From the NCBI GenBank assembly GCA_003220675.1, contig QHTD01000063.1:1-56340 (forward strand): a stretch of 56,340 bases of DNA, given 5' to 3'. The notes beneath the pieces are model-generated. The model was not told the DNA's origin, did not search any database, and saw only the letters and a program-made list of their open reading frames with translations. The DNA is from Candidatus Rokuibacteriota bacterium (GTDB lineage Bacteria; Methylomirabilota; Methylomirabilia; Rokubacteriales; CSP1-6). Positions 10,608 to 20,103 of this stretch are shown in pieces; the first letter of the stretch is position 1; the number at the start of each line of letters is the position of its first letter. A program made the position numbers and the translations under genes.

Positions 10608-12206
10608 ATGACCTGGTCGCTGCTCATCAGGAACGGCTCCCTGATCGACGGCACCGGCGCACCCGCGCGCCGGGCGGACGTCGCCGTGGAGGGCGACCGC
10701 GTCGTCGCCGTCGGCTCCGGGCTCCAGGGCGAAGCGCGCCGAGTGATCGACGCCGGCGGCCACGTCGTGGCGCCCGGCTTCATCGACGCTCACGCGCACT
10801 CGGACCTCTTCTACTTCGACTGCCCCGCGGCGGAGTCGAAGCTCCGGCAAGGGTGCACGACAGAGGTCGTCGGCATGTGCTCGTTCTCCCCGGCGCCGGT
10901 GAGTCCAGCCAGCCGCGACGCGGTCCGCGCATGGGCCGGTGGCATCGGCGCGCGCCTCGATATCCGGTGGGAGACCTTCGGCCAGTATCTCGACCTGCTG
11001 CGCGCCGCGACGCCGTCCGTCAACGTCGTCCACTTCGTGGGCCACGGCGCGCTGCGCCTGGCGACGATCGGCCCCGAGAACCGCCCGGCCGGTCCGGACG
11101 ACCTCAAGGCGATGGAGCGCCTCGTCGCCGAAGCGATGGAGGCGGGAGCGTTCGGCTTGTCGACGGGGCTCGTCTACCCGCCGAGCGCGTACTCGACGAC
11201 GGAGGAGCTGATCGCTCTCGCTCGATCGATGGCTCGGCGCGACGGCCTCTACTTCTCGCACATCCGCGGCGAGGCCGCGATGCTCGAGGACTCGATCGTC
11301 GAGGCGATCCGGATCGGTGTGGAGGGCAAGGTCGGCGTCCAGATCGCCCACGTGAAAGCGGCGGGGCGCGAGAACTGGTCGAAGATCGACCGGGCGCTCG
11401 CGCTCATGGACGAGGCGCGGGCACGCGGCGTGGACGTCTGGGGCGACGCCTACCCCTACCACGCGGGCTCCACCAAGATGGACAACCTGCTGCCCGCGTG
11501 GGTGCACGACGGCGGGGTCGCCAAGCTGCTCGAGCGGATCGGCGACCGCGCGACGCGCCGGCGCATCGTCGAGGAGTGCCTCGTCGACGGCGAGCGCTGG
11601 GGCACCGCCGCGATGGGCGCGGTCGGCTTCGACGAGATCCGGATCGCCACGTGCGCCCGGCGAGACCTTGAAGGCCTCACGCTCGCGGCGCTGGCGCGCC
11701 AGACGGGCACGACGCCCGCCGAGGCGATGCTGAACCTCCTTCTCGCTGAGAAGGCGACCGTCGCGATGGTCGCCTTCTCGCAGAGCCCCGACAACGTCGA
11801 GAAGGTGCTTCGCCACCCGGCGATCATGGTGGGTTCCGACTCGATCGGGCTCTTCGCAGGCGAGGCGCCGAAGCCGGGCAAGCCTCACCCGCGCGCCTAC
11901 GGGACGTTCCCTCGCGTGCTCGGCGTCTACGCGCGCGAGCACAAGCTCTTCTCACTCGAGACGGCCGTCCACAAGATGACCGGCATGCCGGCCGCACGGC
12001 TCAGGCTCCGTGACCGCGGGCGCGTACACGAGGGGTACGCGGCGGACCTCGTGGTCTTCGATCCGGCGACGGTGAAGGACGAGGCGACGTTTGCCGACCC
12101 TCACCGGTACCCCACGGGGATTTCCCACGTCATCGTCAACGGCGACGTGGTGGTCGACTCCGGGCGCTTCCGCGCCGCGGGCAGCGGCCGGGTGCTCACG
12201 CCGTGA
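10608..12206 (+). CDS. N-acyl-D-amino-acid deacylase (amidohydrolase superfamily)
   Basis: APGFIDAHAHSD, GLSTGLVYPP, HIRGE, YPY, GSD, HPRAYGTFPR, ADLVVFDP. Confidence 0.92.
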   Translation: MTWSLLIRNGSLIDGTGAPARRADVAVEGDRVVAVGSGLQGEARRVIDAGGHVVAPGFIDAHAHSDLFYFDCPAAESKLRQGCTTEVVGMCSFSPAPVSPASRDAVRAWAGGIGARLDIRWETFGQYLDLLRAATPSVNVVHFVGHGALRLATIGPENRPAGPDDLKAMERLVAEAMEAGAFGLSTGLVYPPSAYSTTEELIALARSMARRDGLYFSHIRGEAAMLEDSIVEAIRIGVEGKVGVQIAHVKAAGRENWSKIDRALALMDEARARGVDVWGDAYPYHAGSTKMDNLLPAWVHDGGVAKLLERIGDRATRRRIVEECLVDGERWGTAAMGAVGFDEIRIATCARRDLEGLTLAALARQTGTTPAEAMLNLLLAEKATVAMVAFSQSPDNVEKVLRHPAIMVGSDSIGLFAGEAPKPGKPHPRAYGTFPRVLGVYAREHKLFSLETAVHKMTGMPAARLRLRDRGRVHEGYAADLVVFDPATVKDEATFADPHRYPTGISHVIVNGDVVVDSGRFRAAGSGRVLTP

Positions 12207-13765
12207 TGACCCGGTATCTCGCCCGGCACGCCGTCTGCATCGTCGCGGTCGCGCCGCTCATGGCCGGCCTCGAGCTGGGCCGGCGCATCTATGCGACCAA
12301 CGACGACGCGCGCTTCGCCGTGCTCGCCCAGGATGTCCTCTCGCACGGGTTCCGGCTCTTCCCCGACCTCAACGGCGTCCCGTACTACAACAAGCCCGCG
12401 CTCCTGGCATGGCTCATCGCGCTCGCGTCGTGGCCCGCGGGCGCGGTGAGCCAGCTCACTGCGGCGCTGCCGTCGGCCGTCGCCGGCGTCGGGCTCGCGT
12501 TCGTCGTGTACGCGCTCGGGCGCGGCATGTTCGGCGCCGACGCCGGGCGGTATGCGGCGCTCGTCGCGGTGGCGACACAGGGGTTCTTCCTCCAGGCGCG
12601 CCTGCCGCTGCCCGACATGCTGATGACGCTCTTCATCACGACGGCGCTCTGGCACTTCTGGCGCATGACCCGGAGCGACGCGCACGCCGCGCACTGGGTC
12701 GGCTTCTACGGGTTCACGGCGGCGGCGTTCTGGACGAAGGGGCCGGCGGGCTTCCTGCCGCTGGCGGTGGTACTCGGCTGGGCCCTCGTCAACCGCCGCG
12801 ACGCGGGCTGGCGCCGGCTCCGCGTCCTCCGTGGGCTCGCCCTCCTCGTCGTGCTCGTCGGGCCGTGGTGGCTCTTCGCCCTCCGGGCCGACAGCGCTGC
12901 CGTCCGCGACACCGTCGTCGTCGATCAGCTCCTCTGGTACCTGCCGGTCTCGCTCACGCTGAAGTCGGTCGCGCTCGTGCTGGTGCAGGCGATCCGTTGC
13001 GCCCGCGGCGAGGACGCCGAGCGCCGCGACGTGCGGGCGCTCCTCGTGTGGGTGGCCGTCACGTTCGTCGTCGTCGGCGCGTCGCGCCAGCAGCGGCTGC
13101 GCTACTACCTCCCGCTCGTGCCGCCGGCGGCGCTCCTGATCGGCTGGTGGCTGGCGAGCGCCGTCCCCAAGCGCCGCGAGGCGGCCCGCATGCCCTGGCG
13201 GGTGTACGCCGCGCTCGTCCTGCTCCTCGTCGCAGCCACGGCCGGCACGCTGCTCGCGAACGGGCGGTTGCCCCGGGACGCCGCGGTCTCGCTGCCGGCC
13301 TCGCTCGGCGAGCTCCTCGTGCTCGCGGGAGCGCTCGGCGCGATGCTCCTCGCGCTGGCCTGGGGCGTCCGCTTCGGCCGGATCGGCCGCGCCTTCGCCG
13401 TCGCCTGGGTCGGGAGCGCCATCTTCGTCGCGGGCGCGTACCACTGGGAGGTCGGACGATTCAACGTGGCGAACGATTATCCGCGCGTGTCCGAGCGGAT
13501 GCGGCCGGTGCTCCGCGAGGCGTCGGTGGTGGCGACGTGGGGCCTGCCCGCGCTGGCGTTCTCGTTCTACTTCGACCGGCCGGTCGTGGCGGTGGAAACG
13601 AGCGCCGACCTCGACCGCGTCATGTCCGGAAAGCCCGCCGTCGCCATCATGACGGAGGGCGAGCTGGCCCGCCAGGACCACGACCCGCTCGAGGTCTTGA
13701 TGAGCGACCGGCTCGCGCTCCGCGCGATCTCGCTGGTCAGGAAGGACGTCGCGAAACGTTTGTGA
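12203..13765 (+). CDS. ArnT/PMT-like (GT-C) membrane glycosyltransferase
   Basis: NDDARF, NGVPYYNKP, PDM, TKGP, RYYLP motifs; many TM helices. Confidence 0.85.
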   Translation: MMTRYLARHAVCIVAVAPLMAGLELGRRIYATNDDARFAVLAQDVLSHGFRLFPDLNGVPYYNKPALLAWLIALASWPAGAVSQLTAALPSAVAGVGLAFVVYALGRGMFGADAGRYAALVAVATQGFFLQARLPLPDMLMTLFITTALWHFWRMTRSDAHAAHWVGFYGFTAAAFWTKGPAGFLPLAVVLGWALVNRRDAGWRRLRVLRGLALLVVLVGPWWLFALRADSAAVRDTVVVDQLLWYLPVSLTLKSVALVLVQAIRCARGEDAERRDVRALLVWVAVTFVVVGASRQQRLRYYLPLVPPAALLIGWWLASAVPKRREAARMPWRVYAALVLLLVAATAGTLLANGRLPRDAAVSLPASLGELLVLAGALGAMLLALAWGVRFGRIGRAFAVAWVGSAIFVAGAYHWEVGRFNVANDYPRVSERMRPVLREASVVATWGLPALAFSFYFDRPVVAVETSADLDRVMSGKPAVAIMTEGELARQDHDPLEVLMSDRLALRAISLVRKDVAKRL

Positions 13766-13796
13766 CGCCGCCCGTCCGGGCGGCGGAGGAGGTTCC

Positions 13797-15242
13797 ATGC
13801 CCACAGGACAGCTCTTCATCGGCGGCGCCTGGCGCCCGTCGGTCTCCGGTGAGACCTATCAGACGATCAACCCCGCGACGGAGGAGCCGAGCGCAACCGT
13901 CGCCCGGGGCGACGAGCGCGACATCGACCTCGCCGTCGCCGCCGCGCGCAAGGCGTTCGACGGCGGTCCCTGGCCGCGGATGACCGCCGCCGAGCGTGGC
14001 CGGATCGTCTGGAAGCTCGGCGACCTCATCACGCAGAACCTCGACGAGATGGCGCGGCTCGAGAGCCTCTGCACCGGCAAGACCCTGTTCGACTCGGGCA
14101 AGGTCGAGATTCCGTTTGCCGCGGAGGTCTTTCGCTACTACGCGGGCTGGGCGACGAAGATCCACGGCGAGACGCTCCTGCTCCGGGAGACCGCCTTCAC
14201 GCTCACACTGCGCCAGCCGGTCGGCGTGGTGGGCGCGATCGTCCCGTGGAACTTCCCGTTCCTCCTCTCGTCGTGGAAAATCGCGCCGGCGCTCGCGGCG
14301 GGCAACACGGTCGTGCTCAAGCCCGCGTCGCTCACGCCGCTGACGGCGCTCAAGTTCGCGGAACTCTGCCACGAGGCCGGTCTCCCCGAGGGGGTCTTCA
14401 ACGTCGTCACCGGGCCCGGCGGCCGCGCGGGGATGGCGCTCGTGCGCGACCCGCGCGTGGACAAGATCGCGTTCACCGGCTCGACCGCGGTGGGCAAGGA
14501 GATCATGCGCGAGGCCGCGGGAACGCTCAAGCGGCTTTCGCTGGAGCTCGGTGGCAAGTCGCCGAACATCGTCTTCGCCGACGCCGACATGGACGCCGCG
14601 GTGAAGGGGGCGATGACCGGCATCTTCTACAACAAGGGCGAGGTCTGCGCTGCCGGCTCGCGGCTCTTCGTCGAGGAGAAGATCCACAACGTGTTCGTCG
14701 CGCAGCTCACCGAGAAGGTCAAGGGCCTCAAGGTGGGCGACCCGATGGATCGCGCCACCCGCATGGGGCCCGTCGTGTCCAAGGCGCAGATGGAGACGGT
14801 GCTCGGCTACATCGAGACCGGCAAGAAAGAGGGCGCGCGCCTGGTGGCGGGCGGCGGCCGGGCGAACGTGGGCGGCGGGAAGGGCTACTTCGTCGAGCCC
14901 ACGATCTTCGACGGCGTCACGAACACGATGAGGATCGCGCGCGAGGAGATCTTCGGCCCCGTGCTCTCCGTCATCCCCTTCAAGTCCGTCGAGGCGGGCA
15001 TCGCGGAGGGCAACGAGACCACGTACGGGCTCGCGGCGGCGGTGTGGACGCGCGACGTCGCCAAGGCCCTCAAGGCCGCGCGCGCGATCCGCGCGGGCAC
15101 GGTGTGGGTGAACGCCTACAACCTCTATGACGCGGCGTTGCCCTTCGGCGGCTTCAGGGAGTCCGGCTTCGGCCGTGAGATGGGCTCGGTCGGGCTCGAT
15201 CACTACACGGAGGTCAAGACCGTCTGGGTCGACCTCTCGTGA
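13797..15242 (+). CDS. NAD(P)-dependent aldehyde dehydrogenase
   Basis: PWNFP, FTGST, LELGGKSP (catalytic Glu), GEVCAAGSR (catalytic Cys), EEIFGP, PFGG. Confidence 0.97.
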   Translation: MPTGQLFIGGAWRPSVSGETYQTINPATEEPSATVARGDERDIDLAVAAARKAFDGGPWPRMTAAERGRIVWKLGDLITQNLDEMARLESLCTGKTLFDSGKVEIPFAAEVFRYYAGWATKIHGETLLLRETAFTLTLRQPVGVVGAIVPWNFPFLLSSWKIAPALAAGNTVVLKPASLTPLTALKFAELCHEAGLPEGVFNVVTGPGGRAGMALVRDPRVDKIAFTGSTAVGKEIMREAAGTLKRLSLELGGKSPNIVFADADMDAAVKGAMTGIFYNKGEVCAAGSRLFVEEKIHNVFVAQLTEKVKGLKVGDPMDRATRMGPVVSKAQMETVLGYIETGKKEGARLVAGGGRANVGGGKGYFVEPTIFDGVTNTMRIAREEIFGPVLSVIPFKSVEAGIAEGNETTYGLAAAVWTRDVAKALKAARAIRAGTVWVNAYNLYDAALPFGGFRESGFGREMGSVGLDHYTEVKTVWVDLS

Positions 15243-15249
15243 TCAACGC

Positions 15250-15966
15250 TCACGGGTGAGCCTCCGCGTCCGCGAGAATCGTGCACCGAGGGTGCAGGCG
15301 GAGCGCTGAGGCCGGCACCGCCGGATCGACGGCGCCGTCGAGGAGCCGTGCGAGCGGCGCGCGCTTGGCGGAGCCGCTGACGAGCACGACGACCTCGCGG
15401 GCGCCACGGATCGTCCCGACGCCGAGCGTCACCGCCCGGTCGCTGACCGGGCCCTGGACGACCTCGTCGGTGAGGATGTAGCTCACGGTCCCAGGGGTGA
15501 GGCGCACGAGGCGCGTCGGCGAATCGAACTCGCTCCCCGGCTCGTTCGAGGCGATGTGCGCGTTCGGCCCGAGCCCCATCATGACGAGGTCGAGGCCGCC
15601 CGCGCGCTTGAGCGCCTCCTCGTACTCGCGGCACATCGCCTCGAGGTCGGGCGCGCCGACGTCGAACGGGTGGCAGCGCTCGGTCGGCACGCCCGCCCAG
15701 GACAGGAATTCGCTCCGCACCTGTCGCCAGAAGTACCCGTCGGCGGGCGCGGGCGGGCAGAGCTCGTCGATAGAGAAGACGTGCATGCGACCGTAGTCGA
15801 CCGGCTCTCGCGCCTGCCAGTCGCGCAAGCGCGCGTACATGCGTCGCGGCGTGCGCCCCGCCGGCACCGCCATGGCAAGGTCGGGCCTGGCGGTGAGGCG
15901 CTCGCGGAACAGTGTCGCCGCCGCTTCGGCGAGCTCCGCCGCATCGCGGAAGACGACGACCTTCAT
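15250..15966 (-). CDS. Glucosamine-6-phosphate deaminase-like protein (NagB / 6-phosphogluconolactonase superfamily)
   Basis: AGRTP, SIDE, GGLDL..GLGPNAHIASNEPG, TLGVGTI, PASALRLH. Confidence 0.85.
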   Translation of the reverse strand: MKVVVFRDAAELAEAAATLFRERLTARPDLAMAVPAGRTPRRMYARLRDWQAREPVDYGRMHVFSIDELCPPAPADGYFWRQVRSEFLSWAGVPTERCHPFDVGAPDLEAMCREYEEALKRAGGLDLVMMGLGPNAHIASNEPGSEFDSPTRLVRLTPGTVSYILTDEVVQGPVSDRAVTLGVGTIRGAREVVVLVSGSAKRAPLARLLDGAVDPAVPASALRLHPRCTILADAEAHP

Positions 15967-15967
15967 C

Positions 15968-16330
15968 CTAGGTCGAGACGACTTTGTCGGCCGCCGCCAC
16001 CTTCTCGGCGAAGATCTTCGGCGTGACGAACTGCGCGTTCATGGACTTGAGGTCCTGCTCCGTGACCCCACGGGCCACCGAGCAGCGGCCTCAGACCCAG
16101 ACGGGCACTCGGTGCTCGACGACCTTGCGGATCATCTCGGTGAGGGGTGGCATGCCGACCGGTTGCACGGACACCGCGACGGTCTCCTTCACGAGATAGG
16201 CGGCCTCGCCGGCGATGAAGATCTCCGGCTGGTGGCCCGCCTCGACCGCGCCGAGCGCGAAGTTGAAGGGGAAGCCGGCGCGCGTCGGGTCGTCGGTGCC
16301 CGAAGTTCCCACGTACAGGATCCTGGCCAT
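15968..16330 (-). CDS. DsrE/DsrF-like protein, probable selenoprotein (Sec at codon 80, UxxC)
   Basis: The ORF track stops at TGA 16093-16091, but the frame continues: ...RVPVWV-U-GRCSVARGVTEQDLKSMNAQFVTPKIFAEKVAAADKVVST-TAG (15970-15968), giving 120 aa and ending 1 nt before the nagB-like ATG. Has the DsrE features DDPTRA..PF, GEA, CxxC-like motif, RG and ADKVV. Confidence 0.88.
16055..16085 (-). promoter_or_regulatory. Candidate bacterial SECIS hairpin
   Basis: Starts 5 nt after UGA: CUGCUC-G-GUGGCCC-[GUG]-GGGUCAC-G-GAGCAG, 13 paired positions; the apical loop begins with GU 19 nt after UGA. Confidence 0.75.
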
Positions 16331-16372
16331 GTCCTGCCTCCTTCCCGCGTGCGTCGCGGCAGCGGCGCGATC

Positions 16373-16903
16373 CTAGCCCGCGGCCGCCTTCGCGGCGGCG
16401 AGCGCCGCGTTGTAGTTCGGCTCGGACCCGATCTCCTTGACGTACTCGACGTGCTTGACCGTGCCGTCCTTGCCGACGACGAACACGGCGCGGGCGTTGA
16501 GGCCGGCGAGCGGCCCGTCCTTGATCGCCACGCCGTAGCGCTGCCCGAAGGCGCGGTCGCGGAAGTCGGACAGGGTCTTCACGCTGCTGACCCCGGCGGC
16601 GCCGCACCAACGCTTCTGGGCGAACGGCAGGTCCATGCTGATCGTCCACACCTCGATCCCGGGCCCGAGCTTGCCCGCCTCCTGGTTGAACCGCCGCGTC
16701 TCGGTGTCGCACACGGGGGTGTCGAGCGACGGCACGGAGCTCAGGAGGAGCACCTTGCCCTTCGCGTCGCTCAGGCGCACGGCCTGGAGGCTCGTGTCCA
16801 CCGCGGTGACATCGGGTGCGGGCTGCCCGGGCTTGATCTCCGGGCCGACGAGGGTGAGGGGGGTGCCCTTGAAGGTGACGACGCCCTTGCGTTCCTCAGC
16901 CAT
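16373..16903 (-). CDS. tpx: Thiol peroxidase (atypical 2-Cys peroxiredoxin)
   Basis: VTFKGTP, PSLDTPVC, ISMDLPFAQKRWC, ARAVFV, EPNY. Confidence 0.96.
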   Translation of the reverse strand: MAEERKGVVTFKGTPLTLVGPEIKPGQPAPDVTAVDTSLQAVRLSDAKGKVLLLSSVPSLDTPVCDTETRRFNQEAGKLGPGIEVWTISMDLPFAQKRWCGAAGVSSVKTLSDFRDRAFGQRYGVAIKDGPLAGLNARAVFVVGKDGTVKHVEYVKEIGSEPNYNAALAAAKAAAG

Positions 16904-16997
16904 GGAAGTTCCCTCCTGGTCCCTTGGGGTTCGGCGGGACTGCCGCGATTCCCGCAGAGTATATATCGTGCGCTACACTGCAGCACGGGAGAGAGCC

Positions 16998-17831
16998 GTG
17001 ATGCTCGGGTACCTGCTGATCGCCGCCCTCGTGGTGTCGCTCGCCCCGCCGGCGGGCGCGCAGTCGAGCGTCGTCATCCTGTCCACGACGACGTCCACGC
17101 AGGACTCCGGGCTCCTCGACGTGCTGGTGCCGATCTTCGAGCGCCGGACGGGCTACACGGTCAAGACGATCTCGGTCGGCACGGGCCAGGCGCTCGCGCT
17201 GGCCGCGCGTGGTGAGGCGGACGTGACGCTCTGCCACGCGCCGTCGCTGGAGACGCAGTACCTCGCCGACGGCAGGATGACGAACCGCCGGCTCGTCATG
17301 TACAACGACTTTGTGATCGTCGGGCCCGAAGCTGACCCCGCGAGGATCGCCGGCGAGCGGAGCGTGGTCGCGGCGCTCAGGCGGATCGCGGGTGCGGGAG
17401 CTCGGTTCGTCTCGCGCGGCGACAAGTCCGGGACCCACGCGCTCGAGCTCGCGCTCTGGAAGCAGGCGGGTGTCGTGCCCGCCGCGCCCTGGTACATCGA
17501 GTCGGGCCAGGGCATGGGCGCGACGCTCGGCCTCGCCGACGACCGCCGCGCGTACACGTTGACCGACCGCGCGACGCGGCTCGCCTTCGGCAAGCGCGTC
17601 GCGCTCAGGATCATGGTCGAGGGCGACCGGGCGCTGCTCAACATCTACTCGGTGATGGAGGTCAATCCCGCGAACGGGCCCCACGTCAACGCCGCGGGCG
17701 GCAAGGCGTTCGCCGACTTCATGGTCTCGCCCGAGGTCCAGCGGATCATCAGGACCTTCGGTGTCGACCGGTACGGCCAGCCGCTGTTCGTCCCGATCGC
17801 CGGCAAGCGGGAGGGAGACGTGACGTCATGA
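16998..17831 (+). CDS. tupA: Tungstate ABC transporter substrate-binding protein
   Basis: Start GTG 16998 or ATG 17001; signal peptide; STTTSTQDSGLL (TTTS), GTGQAL, MYNDF, SRGDKSGTH, YTLTDRAT. Confidence 0.93.
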   Translation: MMLGYLLIAALVVSLAPPAGAQSSVVILSTTTSTQDSGLLDVLVPIFERRTGYTVKTISVGTGQALALAARGEADVTLCHAPSLETQYLADGRMTNRRLVMYNDFVIVGPEADPARIAGERSVVAALRRIAGAGARFVSRGDKSGTHALELALWKQAGVVPAAPWYIESGQGMGATLGLADDRRAYTLTDRATRLAFGKRVALRIMVEGDRALLNIYSVMEVNPANGPHVNAAGGKAFADFMVSPEVQRIIRTFGVDRYGQPLFVPIAGKREGDVTS

Positions 17832-18523
17832 CCCTGCTGCTCGACGGGGTGCGACAGGCGCTCGGGTTGCTCGTGGAGGGCGACGGCGAGATCTGGTCGA
17901 TCCTCTGGCTCTCGCTCGAGGTCTCGGGGAGCGCGACGCTGATCTCGTTGCTGATCGGCATTCCCGCCGGGACGGCGCTCGCCCTCACGCGCTTCCCGGG
18001 GCGCGGGCTCGTCGTGAGCGCCGTGAACTCGGGGATGGGGCTGCCGCCGGTCGTCGTCGGCCTCTTCGTCACGATCGTGCTCTGGCGGAGCGGGCCGCTG
18101 GGCAGCCTCGAGATTCTCTACACGCCCGCGGCGATCGTCGTGGCGCAGGCCGTCATTGCCTCGCCGATCGTCACCGGGATCACGCTCGCCGCCGTCCAGC
18201 AGGTGCCGCGGGAGTTCCGCCTCCAGCTCCTGGCGCTCGGCGCGTCGCGCGTCCAGATGGTCTGGACGGTGCTCCGCGAGGCGCGGCTACCGATGCTGGC
18301 TGCCGTCATGGCGGGGTTTGGTGGCGTCATCTCCGAGATCGGCGCCTCGATGATGGTGGGCGGCAACATCAAAGGGCAGACGCGCACGCTCACGACCGCG
18401 ATGGTGCTCGAGACCAGCAAGGGGGACTTTGACGTGGCGATCGCGCTCTCGCTCCTCCTGCTGGCCCTCGTCTTCCTCGTCAACTGGGCGCTCACCTCGA
18501 TCCAGCAGCGGCGGGCCGGGTAG
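17828..18523 (+). CDS. tupB: Tungstate ABC transporter permease
   Basis: MGLPPVVVGL, RSGPLG, ISEIGASMMVGGNI, TRTLTTA; overlaps the tupA stop. Confidence 0.93.
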   Translation: MTLLLDGVRQALGLLVEGDGEIWSILWLSLEVSGSATLISLLIGIPAGTALALTRFPGRGLVVSAVNSGMGLPPVVVGLFVTIVLWRSGPLGSLEILYTPAAIVVAQAVIASPIVTGITLAAVQQVPREFRLQLLALGASRVQMVWTVLREARLPMLAAVMAGFGGVISEIGASMMVGGNIKGQTRTLTTAMVLETSKGDFDVAIALSLLLLALVFLVNWALTSIQQRRAG

Positions 18524-18551
18524 GAACGAGCGTAGGAATTCCCAGAGTCCT

Positions 18552-18571
18552 TTCGCAGCCGCCAACCTCTC
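18552..18571 (+). repeat. 20-bp direct repeat, left copy (TTCGCAGCCGCCAACCTCTC)
   Basis: Exact match to 21455-21474. Confidence 0.85.
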
Positions 18572-20065
18572 ATGAATGGGGCCGACTTTCGCAGTGAGCT
18601 GACGTTGCCGAGTCATCCCGATGCGATCGTCCTCGCGCGCGCCTATGCGCGAGCGTTGGCGACGCTGGCGGGGCTCCCACCGACCGAGCTCGACGCACTG
18701 GTGGACGCGGTGACGACCGCCTGCGCCGACATCGTGCAGAATGCGCTGGCGCCGGGCGAGGTCGACGCGCTCGCGCTGGGCGGTGTCGTGACGCCCTCGG
18801 CGTTGACGCTGGCGATCCGCGAGCGGGGTGCGCCCTTCGACCCGACGAGCGCCGCGGCGGCGGCCGCCGAGACGATCCTGCCGCCGGTGCGCGGCCGGGA
18901 CTGGGAGCGTATTGGCCAGGCCGTGGACGAAGCGCACTGGTCCAGCCTCGGCAAGGACGGCATGGAGCTGTCGCTCATCAAGCGGCGCCCGCACCCCGAC
19001 GTCACGCGGCAGCTGTCCGCCCCTGAGCTGACGCCCTTCCACGACGAGGAGCCGCTCGCGCCGCCGCAGATGTATGACATCCGCCGCTTGCGGCCCGGCG
19101 ACGCTTTGGCCGTCTCGCAGTGCGTCTACCGCTGCTACGGCTACAGCTACGGGAACGCCGACCTCTACTACCCGCAGCGGATCGTTCACCTCAACGAGAC
19201 GGGCCAGCTCGTGTCCATCGTCGCCGTCGACGAGGCGGACGCGGTCGTCGGACATCTCGCACTGGAACGACCGGACCTCGGTCCGCTCGCCGAGAGCGGC
19301 CAGGCCGTCGTGGCGCCCGCCCACCGCGGCCGTCACCTGCTGGAGCGGCTGCGGACGTTCGCGGAGGAGGAAGCGCGACGGATCGGCCTCGCGGGCATCG
19401 TCGGCTATCCCGTCACCACGCACGTGTTCAGTCAGCGGATGGAGGAGTCCATCGGCGCGCATCTCTGCGGCGTGGCGCTCGGGCAGATGCCACGGTCGAC
19501 CACGTTCAAGGAGATCGCCGCGGAGCCGCTGCCCCAGCGGGTCAGCACGATGCTGTACTTCAAGTACATGACAGCCCCACGGCGGACGCGCGTGCACGCC
19601 CCGCCGCAGCACCGCGCCGTCCTGGAAGGTCTCTACAAGGCGCTCGCGGCGCCCGCCGACTTCGGCGTCCCGGCCGAGCCGACCGGGCAGGGACGCGTCA
19701 CGGCAACCCTCGACCGCTCATGGGGCTACGGGGAGATTCACGTGCAGGTCGCGGGCGCCGACACCGCGGCGGAGATCCGTCGCGCCCGGCGGGATCTCTG
19801 CGAAACCGGCGGCGTCGAGGTCGTCTACCTCTTCCTCCCGCTCGCTCAACCCGGCACGCCCGCGCTCTGCGCGGTGGCCGAGTCGGACGGCTTCTTCTGG
19901 AGCGGCGTGGGTCCCTGCTACGCGACCGACGGCGACATGCTGTGCCTGCAATATCTCGCCACCGAGCTGGATCTCGGCCTCGTCCAGGTAGCGGGACCGG
20001 CCGGACGGGATCTGCTCGCCTACGTCGCCGCCGAGCGCGCGCGCGTGCGGGCGCTCACGAGCTGA
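18572..20065 (+). CDS. RsbW-like HATPase domain (degenerate) fused to a GNAT acetyltransferase domain
   Basis: N-terminal anti-sigma-kinase-like fold (LTLP...IRERGAPFDP...VDE...GMEL); GNAT region YGYSY..YYP, VVGHLAL, AVVAPAHRGRHL, THVFSQ. Confidence 0.8.
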   Translation: MNGADFRSELTLPSHPDAIVLARAYARALATLAGLPPTELDALVDAVTTACADIVQNALAPGEVDALALGGVVTPSALTLAIRERGAPFDPTSAAAAAAETILPPVRGRDWERIGQAVDEAHWSSLGKDGMELSLIKRRPHPDVTRQLSAPELTPFHDEEPLAPPQMYDIRRLRPGDALAVSQCVYRCYGYSYGNADLYYPQRIVHLNETGQLVSIVAVDEADAVVGHLALERPDLGPLAESGQAVVAPAHRGRHLLERLRTFAEEEARRIGLAGIVGYPVTTHVFSQRMEESIGAHLCGVALGQMPRSTTFKEIAAEPLPQRVSTMLYFKYMTAPRRTRVHAPPQHRAVLEGLYKALAAPADFGVPAEPTGQGRVTATLDRSWGYGEIHVQVAGADTAAEIRRARRDLCETGGVEVVYLFLPLAQPGTPALCAVAESDGFFWSGVGPCYATDGDMLCLQYLATELDLGLVQVAGPAGRDLLAYVAAERARVRALTS

Positions 20066-20103
20066 GTCAAGCAGAAGAGCGCGAGCCCTGTCCGCTGGGT
20101 GAT

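Noticed and set aside
16091-16330. DsrE as a 79-aa truncated gene or pseudogene
   Set aside because: The downstream frame is intact and family-like and a SECIS-like hairpin is present, so Sec read-through explains it better.
16958-16979. TATATATCG as a ModE box upstream of tupA
   Set aside because: Only a half-site; explained by the divergent -10 elements TATACT (-) and TACACT (+).
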